Below, in pieces: positions 32,485 to 43,100 of a stretch of DNA of 64,000 nt. The notes under the pieces were generated by a model that saw only the letters and a program-made list of their open reading frames with translations, made no database searches and was not told the origin of the DNA. A program made the position numbers and the translations under genes. The DNA lies in sequence record SRR20825019_212, one strand, 5' to 3'. Numbering within the stretch: the first letter of the stretch is position 1; every line of letters starts with the position of its first letter.

Positions 32485-33363
32485 ATGCTGCCAAAAGGAA
32501 ATTTCCCCGAAAAAGTCTTTTTGAATGGAGAAATCGTATCTGCCGAAGGTGCCAAAATATCAGTTTTTGATCGAGGTTTTTTGTTCGGAGACGGCATTTA
32601 CGAAGTTATGGTACAATTGGAGAACGGCCTATTTTACAAAAAGGCCCACTTGGACCGATTACAGGACAATTTGAACAAAATCAGTATCCCCTACGATGTC
32701 AAAAATATTGATGACGCATTGGAACCACTGCTCAAAGCCTCGGGTCTCACGGAAAAATCTTGCTTGATCTATATGCAAGTAACCCGTGGAACGGCTCCAA
32801 GAAAACATTCCTACCCAAAAGATGTTCCTGCAAGCGTGATGATGTACGCGCTGCCCTATGCGCTTCCCCTGATCAACCCAAAACATATGAAAGCCATTTT
32901 AGCTCCTGATTTTAGATGGCATCGATGTGATATCAAATCCATCTCCCTTCTGGGAAATATTATGGCCAATGAAGCTGCAATGAACGATTTGGCCGATGAA
33001 GCTGCGTTGGTACGTGATGGTATGATTTCGGAGGGCTCGCACACCAACATCTTTTTTGTAAAAAATGGAACCGTGATCACCCACCCTGCTGACAATCATA
33101 TTTTGAACGGTATTACTAGGATGATTGTGATAGAACTTTGTCAAAATCTTGATATTTCAGTAATCGAAAGACCTATTGGCGAAGACGAAATTGAACACAT
33201 GGACGAAGCATTTTTTACAGGTACAACGACCCAAATTGCATCCATTGCCATATTAGGTGAGCATCAATTTTATGAAAACGACAATATTGGCAAAACAACA
33301 AAAAGACTCCAAGAGACATTTGCCAAACTACGGACCATGGACACATCTCAATCAAAACTCTAA
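32485..33363 (+). CDS. dat: Class IV PLP aminotransferase, D-amino-acid aminotransferase type
   Basis: DRGFLFGDGIYEV, QVTRG..PRKH, RWHRCDIKSISLLGN (PLP Lys), EGSHTN and LNGITR motifs. Confidence 0.8.
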   Translation: MLPKGNFPEKVFLNGEIVSAEGAKISVFDRGFLFGDGIYEVMVQLENGLFYKKAHLDRLQDNLNKISIPYDVKNIDDALEPLLKASGLTEKSCLIYMQVTRGTAPRKHSYPKDVPASVMMYALPYALPLINPKHMKAILAPDFRWHRCDIKSISLLGNIMANEAAMNDLADEAALVRDGMISEGSHTNIFFVKNGTVITHPADNHILNGITRMIVIELCQNLDISVIERPIGEDEIEHMDEAFFTGTTTQIASIAILGEHQFYENDNIGKTTKRLQETFAKLRTMDTSQSKL

Positions 33364-33400
33364 AGTTTACTCTTTGAAACGAACCACTAAAACTTCAATT

Positions 33401-34690
33401 ATGAAACAAATCACCTTAGGCCTAGTTTTGACGTTTGCTTTATTTGGCAATACAATGATGGCTCAAGAAATCGAAAAAAAATATTCCAAAGAAGTAGAAC
33501 GCTTGACCAAGAAAAAAGAGGTCGGGCAAGCTTTTGATATTATAAGGTCACAAAAAGACCAGACCACTCAAGACCTGATTACCTTGACCGAGGTCTTGGC
33601 CCCTCCATTTATGGAAGATGAAAGAGGCAAAGTATTTGCCAAGATGCTGGAAGAAGCTGGGGTAGACAGCTTATGGACAGATAAAGTTGGAAATGTTATC
33701 GGATTACGGAAAGGAACTTCTGGTGAGCCAGGCTACGTGGGTGTTGACGCTCACTTGGACGTTGTTTTCCCCGAAGGAACGGATGTTACCGTGAAAAAGG
33801 TCGGAGATACCCTTAAAGCACCTGGAATTGGTGATGATACCCGAGGGCTGGCCATGCTCATAAGTATGCTTAAGGCCATGAACAAATCTGGAATAAAAAC
33901 CGAAAAAGACCTGCTTATTGTTGGGTCTGTTGGCGAAGAAGGTCTCGGTGACCTCCGTGGCATGAAATATATGTTCAATGAATCCGGATTGGATATTGAT
34001 TCATGGATAGCTATTGATGGGGGAAGTCTCGGCAGGATAAGCAATGCTGGATTGGGCTCCAAAAGGTATAAATTGCTCATCAAAGGAAAAGGTGGCCATT
34101 CTTGGGGGGCTTTTGGACTCGCCAATCCTCATCATGCTTTGGGAAAAGCCATCGATATCTTTTCAAAAAATGCTTGGGAATATACTTCTGGCGACATTAC
34201 GAAAACAAGTTTCAATGTGGGCCGGATCGGTGGAGGAACTTCGGTCAATTCCATTCCATTTGAATCGTGGATGGAGGTGGACATGAGGGCCATTGACCCT
34301 AAAAATCTTGATGAAATCGAAATCATTTTTAAGGAATCCGTGAAAAAAGCAATTACAGCTTATAATGCCAGCGGTGTGCGAGGGAGAGTTACTTACGAAC
34401 TTATTAAAATTGGCGACAGGCCATCGGGAGAATTGCCAGCTTCGCTGCCCTTGGTCCAGAGAACCATGGCCGCTACCAAGTTCTTTGGGGAAACCCCGAG
34501 ACTGGGGCGTGGTTCCACCAACATCAACATCCCTGTTGCCAAAGGAATACCTGCGGTGTGCATTGGCCGAGGCGGACAAGGTGGTGGGGCCCATTCCCTA
34601 CACGAATGGTACTTGAATGATGAAGAAGGAGATGAGTCTATTCAACTAGCCTTATTGATTACATTGGCTCAAGCAGGCCTTAGCAAATAG
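33401..34690 (+). CDS. Secreted M20/M25/M40 metallopeptidase
   Basis: Signal peptide from ATG 33401; AHLD, GIGDD, GEEG, GGHSW and GAHSLHE motifs. Confidence 0.87.
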   Translation: MKQITLGLVLTFALFGNTMMAQEIEKKYSKEVERLTKKKEVGQAFDIIRSQKDQTTQDLITLTEVLAPPFMEDERGKVFAKMLEEAGVDSLWTDKVGNVIGLRKGTSGEPGYVGVDAHLDVVFPEGTDVTVKKVGDTLKAPGIGDDTRGLAMLISMLKAMNKSGIKTEKDLLIVGSVGEEGLGDLRGMKYMFNESGLDIDSWIAIDGGSLGRISNAGLGSKRYKLLIKGKGGHSWGAFGLANPHHALGKAIDIFSKNAWEYTSGDITKTSFNVGRIGGGTSVNSIPFESWMEVDMRAIDPKNLDEIEIIFKESVKKAITAYNASGVRGRVTYELIKIGDRPSGELPASLPLVQRTMAATKFFGETPRLGRGSTNINIPVAKGIPAVCIGRGGQGGGAHSLHEWYLNDEEGDESIQLALLITLAQAGLSK

Positions 34691-34697
34691 CATATAA

Positions 34698-34739
34698 ATA
34701 AACATGGTTTGCTCACTCAAAAGGGCAAACCATGTTTAT
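34698..34739. terminator. Bidirectional terminator between convergent genes
   Basis: Perfect 15-bp stem ATAAACATGGTTTGC/GCAAACCATGTTTAT. Confidence 0.8.
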
Positions 34740-34758
34740 CTAGTTTCAACTAAAAAGT

Positions 34759-37700
34759 TTATTTTGTTTTGGTAAAAACCAAAGCTTTGCCCCTATTTTG
34801 CGTTACCACAATGTAAGGGTCTCCTCCTCCAGCTCTTTCCACCTGTACCATATCCTTAGCGTCTCCGGTAACTTTAAAACCACTTTCCTCGGCATTCTTA
34901 AATTCAAAACCTCCTTTGTTATCGCCAAGCAATATTCCTCCATTGAAAGCATCATACCTTCCAATGAAAGCCTCATTGCCAAAATCGTTCCCTATCATTA
35001 GAATGTCGGTCGCAGTGTTTCCTGCATTAGTGGTTATCATACATTTGATTGGTGCCGATTGTGTCTCCCAAGGAAGTTTCCCCATTTTAAATTGTCCAGT
35101 TCCATCATTTTCAAAATAGGTGGTTTGGTCATGGTTCGCCATGAGTTCCTCCGCTCCTTCGAGCTGTTCTGGAGTGAACAGGTTATCCTTTGTAGTTTTG
35201 GCATACTCCCTAAAATAGTTGAATTTTTTCCTGAACAGGGGACTTTGTCCTATTAGATCACCCCAAAAATTAACTGGATAGGGGTTGTAAACGGTATCGC
35301 CAAAATTGCCCTTAAAGTAAGCGAACATTACAGGGTCAATGGCCCCATTATTATCAAAATCTTTAGCCAACATGGTAACCGGTCTTTCCTGTGATGGTTG
35401 GTAAAAATTGTTTTTTCCTAAGTTTCCAGCAATCAAATCCACATCTCCGTCATTATCAAAATCTTGGGCCAAAACGCATTCCCACCATCCGGAAAGTTGT
35501 TGCATCCCGGTTTGATCCATCCTTTGAAAAGAGTCTTTTTTATTTATAAAAACGGTCACGGGCATAAACTCTCCCACCAAAATCAAATCCTTTAGATTAT
35601 CATTGTTTAAATCGGCCCATTTGGCATCGGTGACCATCCCTGGTTTTCTAAGTTCTTTACTATAGGTTTCGGTCACATCGACCAGTTTTCCTTTTTCATT
35701 TTTCAACAGATAGCAATCATCTGGTTTTGGATATTGGGAAAAAGGAGTGCGCCCACCTATAAATAAATCCACATAGCCGTCACCATCAAAATCCTCCGCT
35801 TCCACCACTGAACCACTTGAATTTATTTTTGGCAATTTATCCGTTGATCTTTCGAATTTTCCATTTCCTTGATTGATCATAAGATAATCTTGATAGTACG
35901 GTGAGTCCATATCAAATTCGTTACTGCCTGCTACCATGTATATATCTAGGTCTCCATCGTTGTCCAGATCAAAAAGGGAAATACTTGTTTCCTCTCTTTT
36001 TTTACTGGCCTCATCTTCAAATAGAGCCGTACCTTTAAAGGTCCCATCTGAATTTTGGGTAAAGACCATAGGTGAGTATCCTGATGAACTACCAATAATA
36101 AAATCCTCAAAACCATCCCCATTGATATCTCCCTTTGCCAATCGTGGACCATTCTGGGTAAGTTTGTGCGGCAGTGTCGGCTGTACGTAAAAATCGGCCT
36201 TATCGGTTTCTTCATGAACATAGTTGACCCCAATCTGGTCAGAAATTTCCTGATATATTGGCTCGGTTTGTTTAGGAGCCAGAGGAAATGCCAGCTCTTG
36301 TCGGTCTATGGATTTGGACTCGCTATGATCAATGGTCAACTTTTGATTGACCTCTATATTTTTTATTGTTTGATATCTCCCATCTGGCCATAACACTTCG
36401 AGCGATTCTATTGTTTTTTGCGATCCAAGACCAAAGTGTGCCATACTTTCCACAGTGGATAGGTACCCCCTATTCAACTGATGCTCATAATACTGGAAAG
36501 TTCCATCTGCAAACCGAACCGCCACTTTTGTACCAAGACCTGCGGTATTGGGTTTTGGCCCTTTTAGGTTTAGTTGCAGGTAATTGTTGGTTCCTGTTTG
36601 CTTACTTTCCAAATTATTCTTGAACAAGAACGCCTCATCATTAATGTTGCTCACTACATAGTCCAAATCGCCATCACCATCCAAATCGACAAATGCTGCA
36701 CCATTTGAAAATGATGGTATGCTTAAGCCCCATTCTTTGCCTACGTCCTTAAATTGCCCATCACCTTCATTGCGGTAAGCGTAGTTTGGTATTTTCACAA
36801 CAGGGATGGAATCCAAGATTTGGGCCGTGCTCAAATACTTTTGTACATTAAAATTGAACTCACCAAAATCGAGATCGGTTATATCCCTTGGGAAGCCATT
36901 GGTAATCAATAAGTCTTTGCGACCATCGTTATCGGCATCAACAAAAAGTGGCGACCAACTCCAATCTGTTTTGGCGACACCTGCCATAAGGCCAATTTCG
37001 CTGTATGGCATGTTGGGACCTTGACCCATTTGAAGCATGTTACGCATATACTGGTAGTCGTAACCATACCTATCGTTCATGTAGTAATCGTTATAATTTG
37101 TTGCCTTGATGGTGGTCTTTAATCTATAATTTGTTTCACCGAGCATATCCAAAGTGAGAATATCCAAGTAACCATCGTTGTTAAAGTCGGCAACATCGGA
37201 CCCCATGGAAAATTTGCTTTGGTGTTTTACATATTCCCCAATTTTATCGGTAAACGTTCCATCTCCGTTGTTTATATAGAGGATATCGTTGCTCAAGTAA
37301 TCATTGCTTACATAAATATCGGGCCATCCATCGTAATTGAGGTCGGATACGGCAACACCCAGTCCATAACCTTCAATGGTAATACCAGCCTCCAATGTTA
37401 CATCGGTAAAAGTGTTGTCGCCGTTGTTACGATAAAGACGGTCGTTACTTAAGGACGAACCGTCGGTTATTTTTTCTCTGTAATTGGCAGGTAAAATATG
37501 TATGTCCACATTATTAAGTACATAAAGATCCAAGAGGCCATCTTTGTTGTAATCAATAAATGCAGCGTTCATGCTGTTACCTGTATCTGCCACGCCATAC
37601 TCTTCTGCCATTTCCTTGAAAATGGGAACGCCCTTATCATCAACACCTTGGTTGATGTACAATATATTGGCCTTTTCTTCAGGACTTTCATACATCGCCG

Positions 37701-38121
37701 CGCAGACATAAATGTCAAGAAGTGAATCATTATTGATATCGATTACCGCTGCTCCTGTCTTCCACTTATCCAAAGCCTCGACACCTGATGCAGCAGAAAC
37801 ATCCTTGAACTTGAAATCTCCTTGGTTAAGGTAGAGTTTATTGGCGACCTGATTTCCTGTAAAAAAAAGATCGGGCTTGCCATCATTATTAAAATCCCCA
37901 ACTGCTACGCCTCCCCCATTGAAGATATACTCACTGGTAAGGATATTAAAGCTGTCGGTCTCTACAATTTTATTGTTGAAGTCTATACCTGAATGATCGG
38001 AGGAAACTTTAGAGAACAACGTGTCCTCTTTTTTCTTTGAGCAAGAAGCGATCAGTAATAATGAAAGTGCAATTAAAACATAACTTTTATTCACTGTGCT
38101 GAAGTTTTTACGATTAACCAA
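34759..38121 (-). CDS. VCBS/FG-GAP-repeat lipoprotein with an ASPIC/UnbV domain (CRTAC1-like)
   Basis: Lipobox IASC; many DxNxDGxxD repeats; central ASPIC/UnbV segment (GYLS...HFGLG...VLWPDG). Confidence 0.88.
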   Translation of the reverse strand: MVNRKNFSTVNKSYVLIALSLLLIASCSKKKEDTLFSKVSSDHSGIDFNNKIVETDSFNILTSEYIFNGGGVAVGDFNNDGKPDLFFTGNQVANKLYLNQGDFKFKDVSAASGVEALDKWKTGAAVIDINNDSLLDIYVCAAMYESPEEKANILYINQGVDDKGVPIFKEMAEEYGVADTGNSMNAAFIDYNKDGLLDLYVLNNVDIHILPANYREKITDGSSLSNDRLYRNNGDNTFTDVTLEAGITIEGYGLGVAVSDLNYDGWPDIYVSNDYLSNDILYINNGDGTFTDKIGEYVKHQSKFSMGSDVADFNNDGYLDILTLDMLGETNYRLKTTIKATNYNDYYMNDRYGYDYQYMRNMLQMGQGPNMPYSEIGLMAGVAKTDWSWSPLFVDADNDGRKDLLITNGFPRDITDLDFGEFNFNVQKYLSTAQILDSIPVVKIPNYAYRNEGDGQFKDVGKEWGLSIPSFSNGAAFVDLDGDGDLDYVVSNINDEAFLFKNNLESKQTGTNNYLQLNLKGPKPNTAGLGTKVAVRFADGTFQYYEHQLNRGYLSTVESMAHFGLGSQKTIESLEVLWPDGRYQTIKNIEVNQKLTIDHSESKSIDRQELAFPLAPKQTEPIYQEISDQIGVNYVHEETDKADFYVQPTLPHKLTQNGPRLAKGDINGDGFEDFIIGSSSGYSPMVFTQNSDGTFKGTALFEDEASKKREETSISLFDLDNDGDLDIYMVAGSNEFDMDSPYYQDYLMINQGNGKFERSTDKLPKINSSGSVVEAEDFDGDGYVDLFIGGRTPFSQYPKPDDCYLLKNEKGKLVDVTETYSKELRKPGMVTDAKWADLNNDNLKDLILVGEFMPVTVFINKKDSFQRMDQTGMQQLSGWWECVLAQDFDNDGDVDLIAGNLGKNNFYQPSQERPVTMLAKDFDNNGAIDPVMFAYFKGNFGDTVYNPYPVNFWGDLIGQSPLFRKKFNYFREYAKTTKDNLFTPEQLEGAEELMANHDQTTYFENDGTGQFKMGKLPWETQSAPIKCMITTNAGNTATDILMIGNDFGNEAFIGRYDAFNGGILLGDNKGGFEFKNAEESGFKVTGDAKDMVQVERAGGGDPYIVVTQNRGKALVFTKTK

Positions 38122-38305
38122 AATTTTGATGAAATTTAACCGGTCTTAAAGCAGTTGTCTCCGTTCCATTAAAAATTGGATGTGTTTATGTTGATGGATA
38201 TACCTAAGTACTAAAAATACAAATTCGATTATTCCATCTTGCCTATCTATGATTAATATTGATTAAAAACGAATTAATTTTTAATTAATAGGATTTGTCC
38301 CTAAT

Positions 38306-38338
38306 TAAAATAGGTTGCCAATAAAATTGACAACCTAT
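38306..38338 (-). terminator. Hairpin/terminator after susD
   Basis: ATAGGTTGCCAAT/ATTGACAACCTAT stem (one G-U pair on the minus strand), followed by Ts on the minus strand. Confidence 0.7.
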
Positions 38339-38382
38339 CTCTCTACTCGAATTAAATTAAACTAACTCAGATCTACTTATCA

Positions 38383-40146
38383 TTATTGCCATAGAGGGCT
38401 CTGTTCCAATACATTTCCACTTTGGTCAATAGCATTGATAGGAATAGGGAACAAATCATGTTTTGGTTGATATTCATTGAATTTTGAATCATAACCAGCT
38501 TGATCTAAATCCTCTGCTTCGTTTTCTATATAGGTATTGATTGTTTCCATAGCATTGCCCCATCTTCTTAGGTCGAACAATCTGTGGCCTTCCATACCAA
38601 ATTCCAAGCGACGCTCAAAACGAATTGCTTTTCTAGCAAAAGCTTGGTCGGGAAAAGATGCATAAAGCTCTATTTGATAATTGGCCGCATCTGTATTTGG
38701 AATAGGGTCATCGTTTTCATCCAAGGCCTGTACATATGTCATGTTCTTTGCCCTGTCTCGCACCCTGTTCACATATTCCAACGCCAAAGGCAAATTTGGA
38801 GTGGATTGTTCTACAGCAGCCTCGGCAGCCATTAGCAATACATCGGCAAAGCGCATAATATTATAGTTGATACCGGACCAGTCCGATCCCCAGCCACCCG
38901 TTCCACGGTTGGCACCAACTTCATCTGCTTGGTATACGTTCTTCTTGGGCAAATAAGGTCCTGAAATATCACTAAATGTTGCTCTGATCCAGGCCTTCCC
39001 TGGATTACGCCCAAAACCGTTATAATCGATTCCTCTACGGGAAACTGTATAATCCAACCTTGGATCTAATGGTCCTGTATGAGGTGTAAAATCTGTTGGG
39101 ATTTCTGGCGTCTCTTCATTGTCATCATGATCAAAAGTGGAGTTGATTCCGTAATCACTGACTACATCGGTAGCGGCGTAAGTATCCAATAGTGGCAATC
39201 CAGAGCCATCTGTCTGATATGCATTTACCAAATCTTGAGTTGGCTGATAAAAACCACAACATGTACCCAAAGGTCCACCACCTGGGAAATTTAATGTACC
39301 GGCACCGTTACCATTAAAAGAACGTCCATCATCGGATGCAAACTGAATGGCAAACATTGATTCAAGACTATTTTCTCCTGCAGCGTTAAAGTTGTCTACA
39401 AACTCTGTGTTTAATGTGTATGGTCCATTATTGATAATATCATTGAACAATGGCAAAGCCTCGTCATACTTTCCTTGGTACAAGTATGCCTTTCCTAAAA
39501 AAGCCTTGGCTACCCAAGCATTTGCCCTACCAACAAGTATTTCATCATCCAACCTTTCTATGGCAGCTTGAAAGTCAGCTTCTATTTCGGCCCAAATAGG
39601 ACCCGGATTGGGTTGATTGAATTCTTCATTCACCAAATTCTCAACAGAAATAAAGGATGGATATCCATAGAACTTTTGAAGTTCAAAATTAAAATACCCT
39701 CTTAAAAAATAAGCTTCACCAGCTTGTCTCGTAAAGTCTTGGTCTGTGATTTGATCGATCAACGCCAAAACCGCATTACTCCTGTTTACACCGCCATAAA
39801 GCGCACTCCATCTTCCTAAAAACCAGCTATTACCGGTTTGCCAGTCCAAGGTCTCTACTTGGAACAAGGCCGTGTTGTCACCATCGGTACTTCCACGGTG
39901 CGCATCATCGGAAACTACATCGGCCCACCAGTTGTCACCTCCAGCAGCAACGCCCTCACCTTGTCTGTTTACACGCTCACCATCCATGGCCGAGTATGCT
40001 GCGGTCAACTTTAACTCAACACCGGTAGCTGTCTGTAAATCTTGATCAGGTATGTTCCCGGTGGCCGCTTTCTCTGTAAAATCATCTGCACAGGCCCATA
40101 GCAATAGACCTACCAGCATTGTTGAAAATATTATCTTCTTTTTCAT
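38383..40146 (-). CDS. SusD/RagB-family nutrient-binding lipoprotein
   Basis: Lipobox LWAC; GEAYFLRGYFNF, MRFADVLLMAAEA, ERRLEFGMEGHRLFDLRRWG and FPIP motifs. Confidence 0.95.
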   Translation of the reverse strand: MKKKIIFSTMLVGLLLWACADDFTEKAATGNIPDQDLQTATGVELKLTAAYSAMDGERVNRQGEGVAAGGDNWWADVVSDDAHRGSTDGDNTALFQVETLDWQTGNSWFLGRWSALYGGVNRSNAVLALIDQITDQDFTRQAGEAYFLRGYFNFELQKFYGYPSFISVENLVNEEFNQPNPGPIWAEIEADFQAAIERLDDEILVGRANAWVAKAFLGKAYLYQGKYDEALPLFNDIINNGPYTLNTEFVDNFNAAGENSLESMFAIQFASDDGRSFNGNGAGTLNFPGGGPLGTCCGFYQPTQDLVNAYQTDGSGLPLLDTYAATDVVSDYGINSTFDHDDNEETPEIPTDFTPHTGPLDPRLDYTVSRRGIDYNGFGRNPGKAWIRATFSDISGPYLPKKNVYQADEVGANRGTGGWGSDWSGINYNIMRFADVLLMAAEAAVEQSTPNLPLALEYVNRVRDRAKNMTYVQALDENDDPIPNTDAANYQIELYASFPDQAFARKAIRFERRLEFGMEGHRLFDLRRWGNAMETINTYIENEAEDLDQAGYDSKFNEYQPKHDLFPIPINAIDQSGNVLEQSPLWQ

Positions 40147-40149
40147 TTT

Positions 40150-43100
40150 TTAAAATTTAAGATTAACTCCAAAGGAATAAATTGCAGCCAAAGGGTAGTT
40201 GTTGTCCGAAACCCCTATAGTAAGGTTGTCTATAGCTCCCCCATCAAGTCTAGGCTGTAGTTCTGGGTCTACTCCATCGTAACCTGTAATGGTAAACAAA
40301 TTGGTTCCCTGAAGATACAAACGAACACTGTCCATTCCTAAATAGCTTGAAACCTCTTCGTCGAAAGTATAACCTATCTGTAGGTTTTTCAATCGCATAT
40401 AGGAACCATCCTCCACGAAGAATGAGTTTGCCGCACCTTCATTGTTTGTAATACTCTGGCTAAGTGCAGGTAATTCAGCGTCCAAGTTGTCCGGAGTCCA
40501 AGAATCCAATACCCTCACACTTCTATTCGCGTTGAAGAAAGAAGGGAAATCGGTGTATACCTTATCATTATTGAATATATCGTTACCTTGTGAACCTTGG
40601 AAGAATGCAGACATATCAAATCCTTTGTATGCCATTCTCAAGTTAACACCATAAGTGAAATCAGGGTGAGGAGAACCGATAAAAGTTCTGTCATCATCAT
40701 TTATAGTCCCGTCACCATTAATATCTCGGTATCTAAATCTACCAACACCATCAGCATTGGTTGCAAACCCTTGGCTTGGTGCATTGGCCACTTCGGCCTC
40801 AGAAGCAAAGATGCCATCCACAATTCTACCATAGAAAGAGGAAATAGGTTGACCTTCTTGTGTTCTGGTTACAGTTCCTGTAGTTCTAAAACCACCAAAT
40901 CCTGTTTGGAAAGCACTGATTAAATCAAGTACTTCGTTCTTGTAATGTGAAAAATTAACATCGATACCATAATTAAAGCCGGAATCGGTTTGATCTGAAA
41001 AGCTTAAAGTGGCATCCACACCTTTATTTCTAAATGAACCCAAGTTTACATAAGGAGGGGCTGCATCCAAAGCTGTAGAACTATATAAGCTACCATCTTG
41101 ATTAATCAAATCTTTGGTCGTAATGGTAAAATATTCTGCTGAAAAGTTCAGTTTATTGTCAAAGAAGCCCATTTCAATACCAAAGTTGGTGGTCTCTGAA
41201 GTTTCCCATTTTAAATCTGGATTCCCAGCAGCTGACAGTATTGCCCCCTGAGTTATACCTGCAGCACTTCCATTATAGGCATAATTTGCATACTGCTCAC
41301 TTAATATAGAGAAGTTTACTGTTGGGTTGTCCACTGGTAAGCTTTGGTTACCCAACTGTCCCCAAGATCCTTTCAACTTTAATCTGCTCATAAAGGAATC
41401 AGTTGGCCAGAAGTTTTCGTTGCTCACGACCCAACCTCCACTAAACGAAGGGAATATATCGCTCTTATTGTCTCCAATAAATCTTGAAGATTCATCACGA
41501 CGAACCGTAGCGGTCAAAAGATATTTGCCATCGTAGTCATAGTTGACCGTACCAAACACTGAGAACAAAGATGATGCATTGTCATAGGCATAAGCCACGT
41601 TAGGTGCACCACCACCATTGCTCAATAAATAATAATCAGGTCTTTCGTAAAAATAGTCGGTTCTAGAAATCTCCTTCCCTTTACCATGGTTGTCCAATGC
41701 TTCAATACCAATAAGGGCATTGATACTATGATCTCCAAAAGATTTGTTATAGTTCAACGTGTTTGTCCAAACCCATTCATACGTATCTTGGTCCGCTTCG
41801 GTCAAGGTATTCGTAGCAATTGGTTCAGAAGATTCTGGAATCAACGCTCTGAAACGTCTATCGTTATAAGCCCTGATAGATCCACCAAATGAGGTTTTGA
41901 ACTGCAATCCGTCCAAAATATCAACAGTTGCATAAATATCACCGAAAACCCGGAAAGTCTTAGCAAAATCATCCTTTTGACGGGTTGCCTCCGCAACAGG
42001 GTTATTGGGGTTACCCAACTTCGCATCATTACTATAGTTGCCTCCAAAATTACCTTCATCATCATATACAGGTACCAATGGAGACATTCTTTGTGCAAAA
42101 TTGAACCAAGATTGCCCTCCACTTCTTCTATCAAATGAAATATTTGCGTGTTCCCCTATTCGGATTCTATCTCCGACTTTAAACTCCGAGTTCAACCTTA
42201 CGTTTCCTCTTTTGAATCCTGTATGAATCTGGATACCTTGACGGTTCAAATAACCGGCAGAGAATAGAAACTTGGATTTTTCGTTACCATTCTCCAATGT
42301 AATGGAAGCATTTTGGGTAATGGCACTTCTGTAGATTTCGTCCACCCAATCGGTACCTCCTGGCCTAACAGTCATACTGACAGGTACACCTTGCACCTTA
42401 TCGGGAACAACTGGACTTGGCCCATTCCCATATTGTGCATGTTCAGGAGTAACTCCATCATTCAAAAAACTCTGCCAAATCATTTGTCCATGCTGGGCAG
42501 GCGTCAACATTTCAGGTAAATTGGTAGCCACGGAAAATCCGGTGTACATATCCAAAGATACTCTTGCTCTATCCAAATTATATCCACCACTTTTGGTAGT
42601 TACGATAATAACCCCGTTTGATGCCCTAGCACCATAAATAGCTGCGGCACCATCCTTAAGTACGTTCATCTGTTGGATGTCAGCTGGGTTTATTGAGTTC
42701 AATATACCAGGGTCATCCGTTTGGACACCATCAATAATGTAAAGCGGATCGTTACTGTTACCAGAACCGAAACCCCTAATACGAACAACAGGAGCAGATC
42801 CTGGCTGTCCGTTGTTGGTTATGGTAACACCCGAAACCCTACCTTGTAAGGCCTCTGCTGCGTTGACCACAGGCGTTTTGGTAGCCTCGGCAACATCAAC
42901 CGTTCCTACGGAACCTGTCAATTCACCTCTGGTCTGCGTACCATAACCCGTTACAACTACCTCATCCAAGGCAGCGGCATCTTCCTGCATGGTCACATCC
43001 ATAGTAGAATTACCGTTTACCGGAATTTCTATGGTTTTAAACCCTACATAGGAAAATATTAAAGTTGCATCGGAAGCTGCAGTAATGGAGTAGTTTCCAT

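Noticed and set aside
33257-33400. Apparent 107-nt overlap between dat and the M20 gene
   Set aside because: Artefact of longest-ORF calling; the signal peptide starts at ATG 33401. The same applies to the extended starts at 6919, 25434, 25619, 43410 and 48246.
34759-38121. Repeats suggesting a CRISPR array or tandem DNA repeat
   Set aside because: The repetition is only at protein level (FG-GAP/VCBS motifs). I saw no identical spaced DNA repeats or cas genes anywhere in the window.
38250-38308. AT-rich palindromic tracts upstream of the VCBS gene, and the A/T tract at 26169-26185
   Set aside because: Low-complexity sequence expected by chance in AT-rich spacers; no match to the NrtR-type operator.
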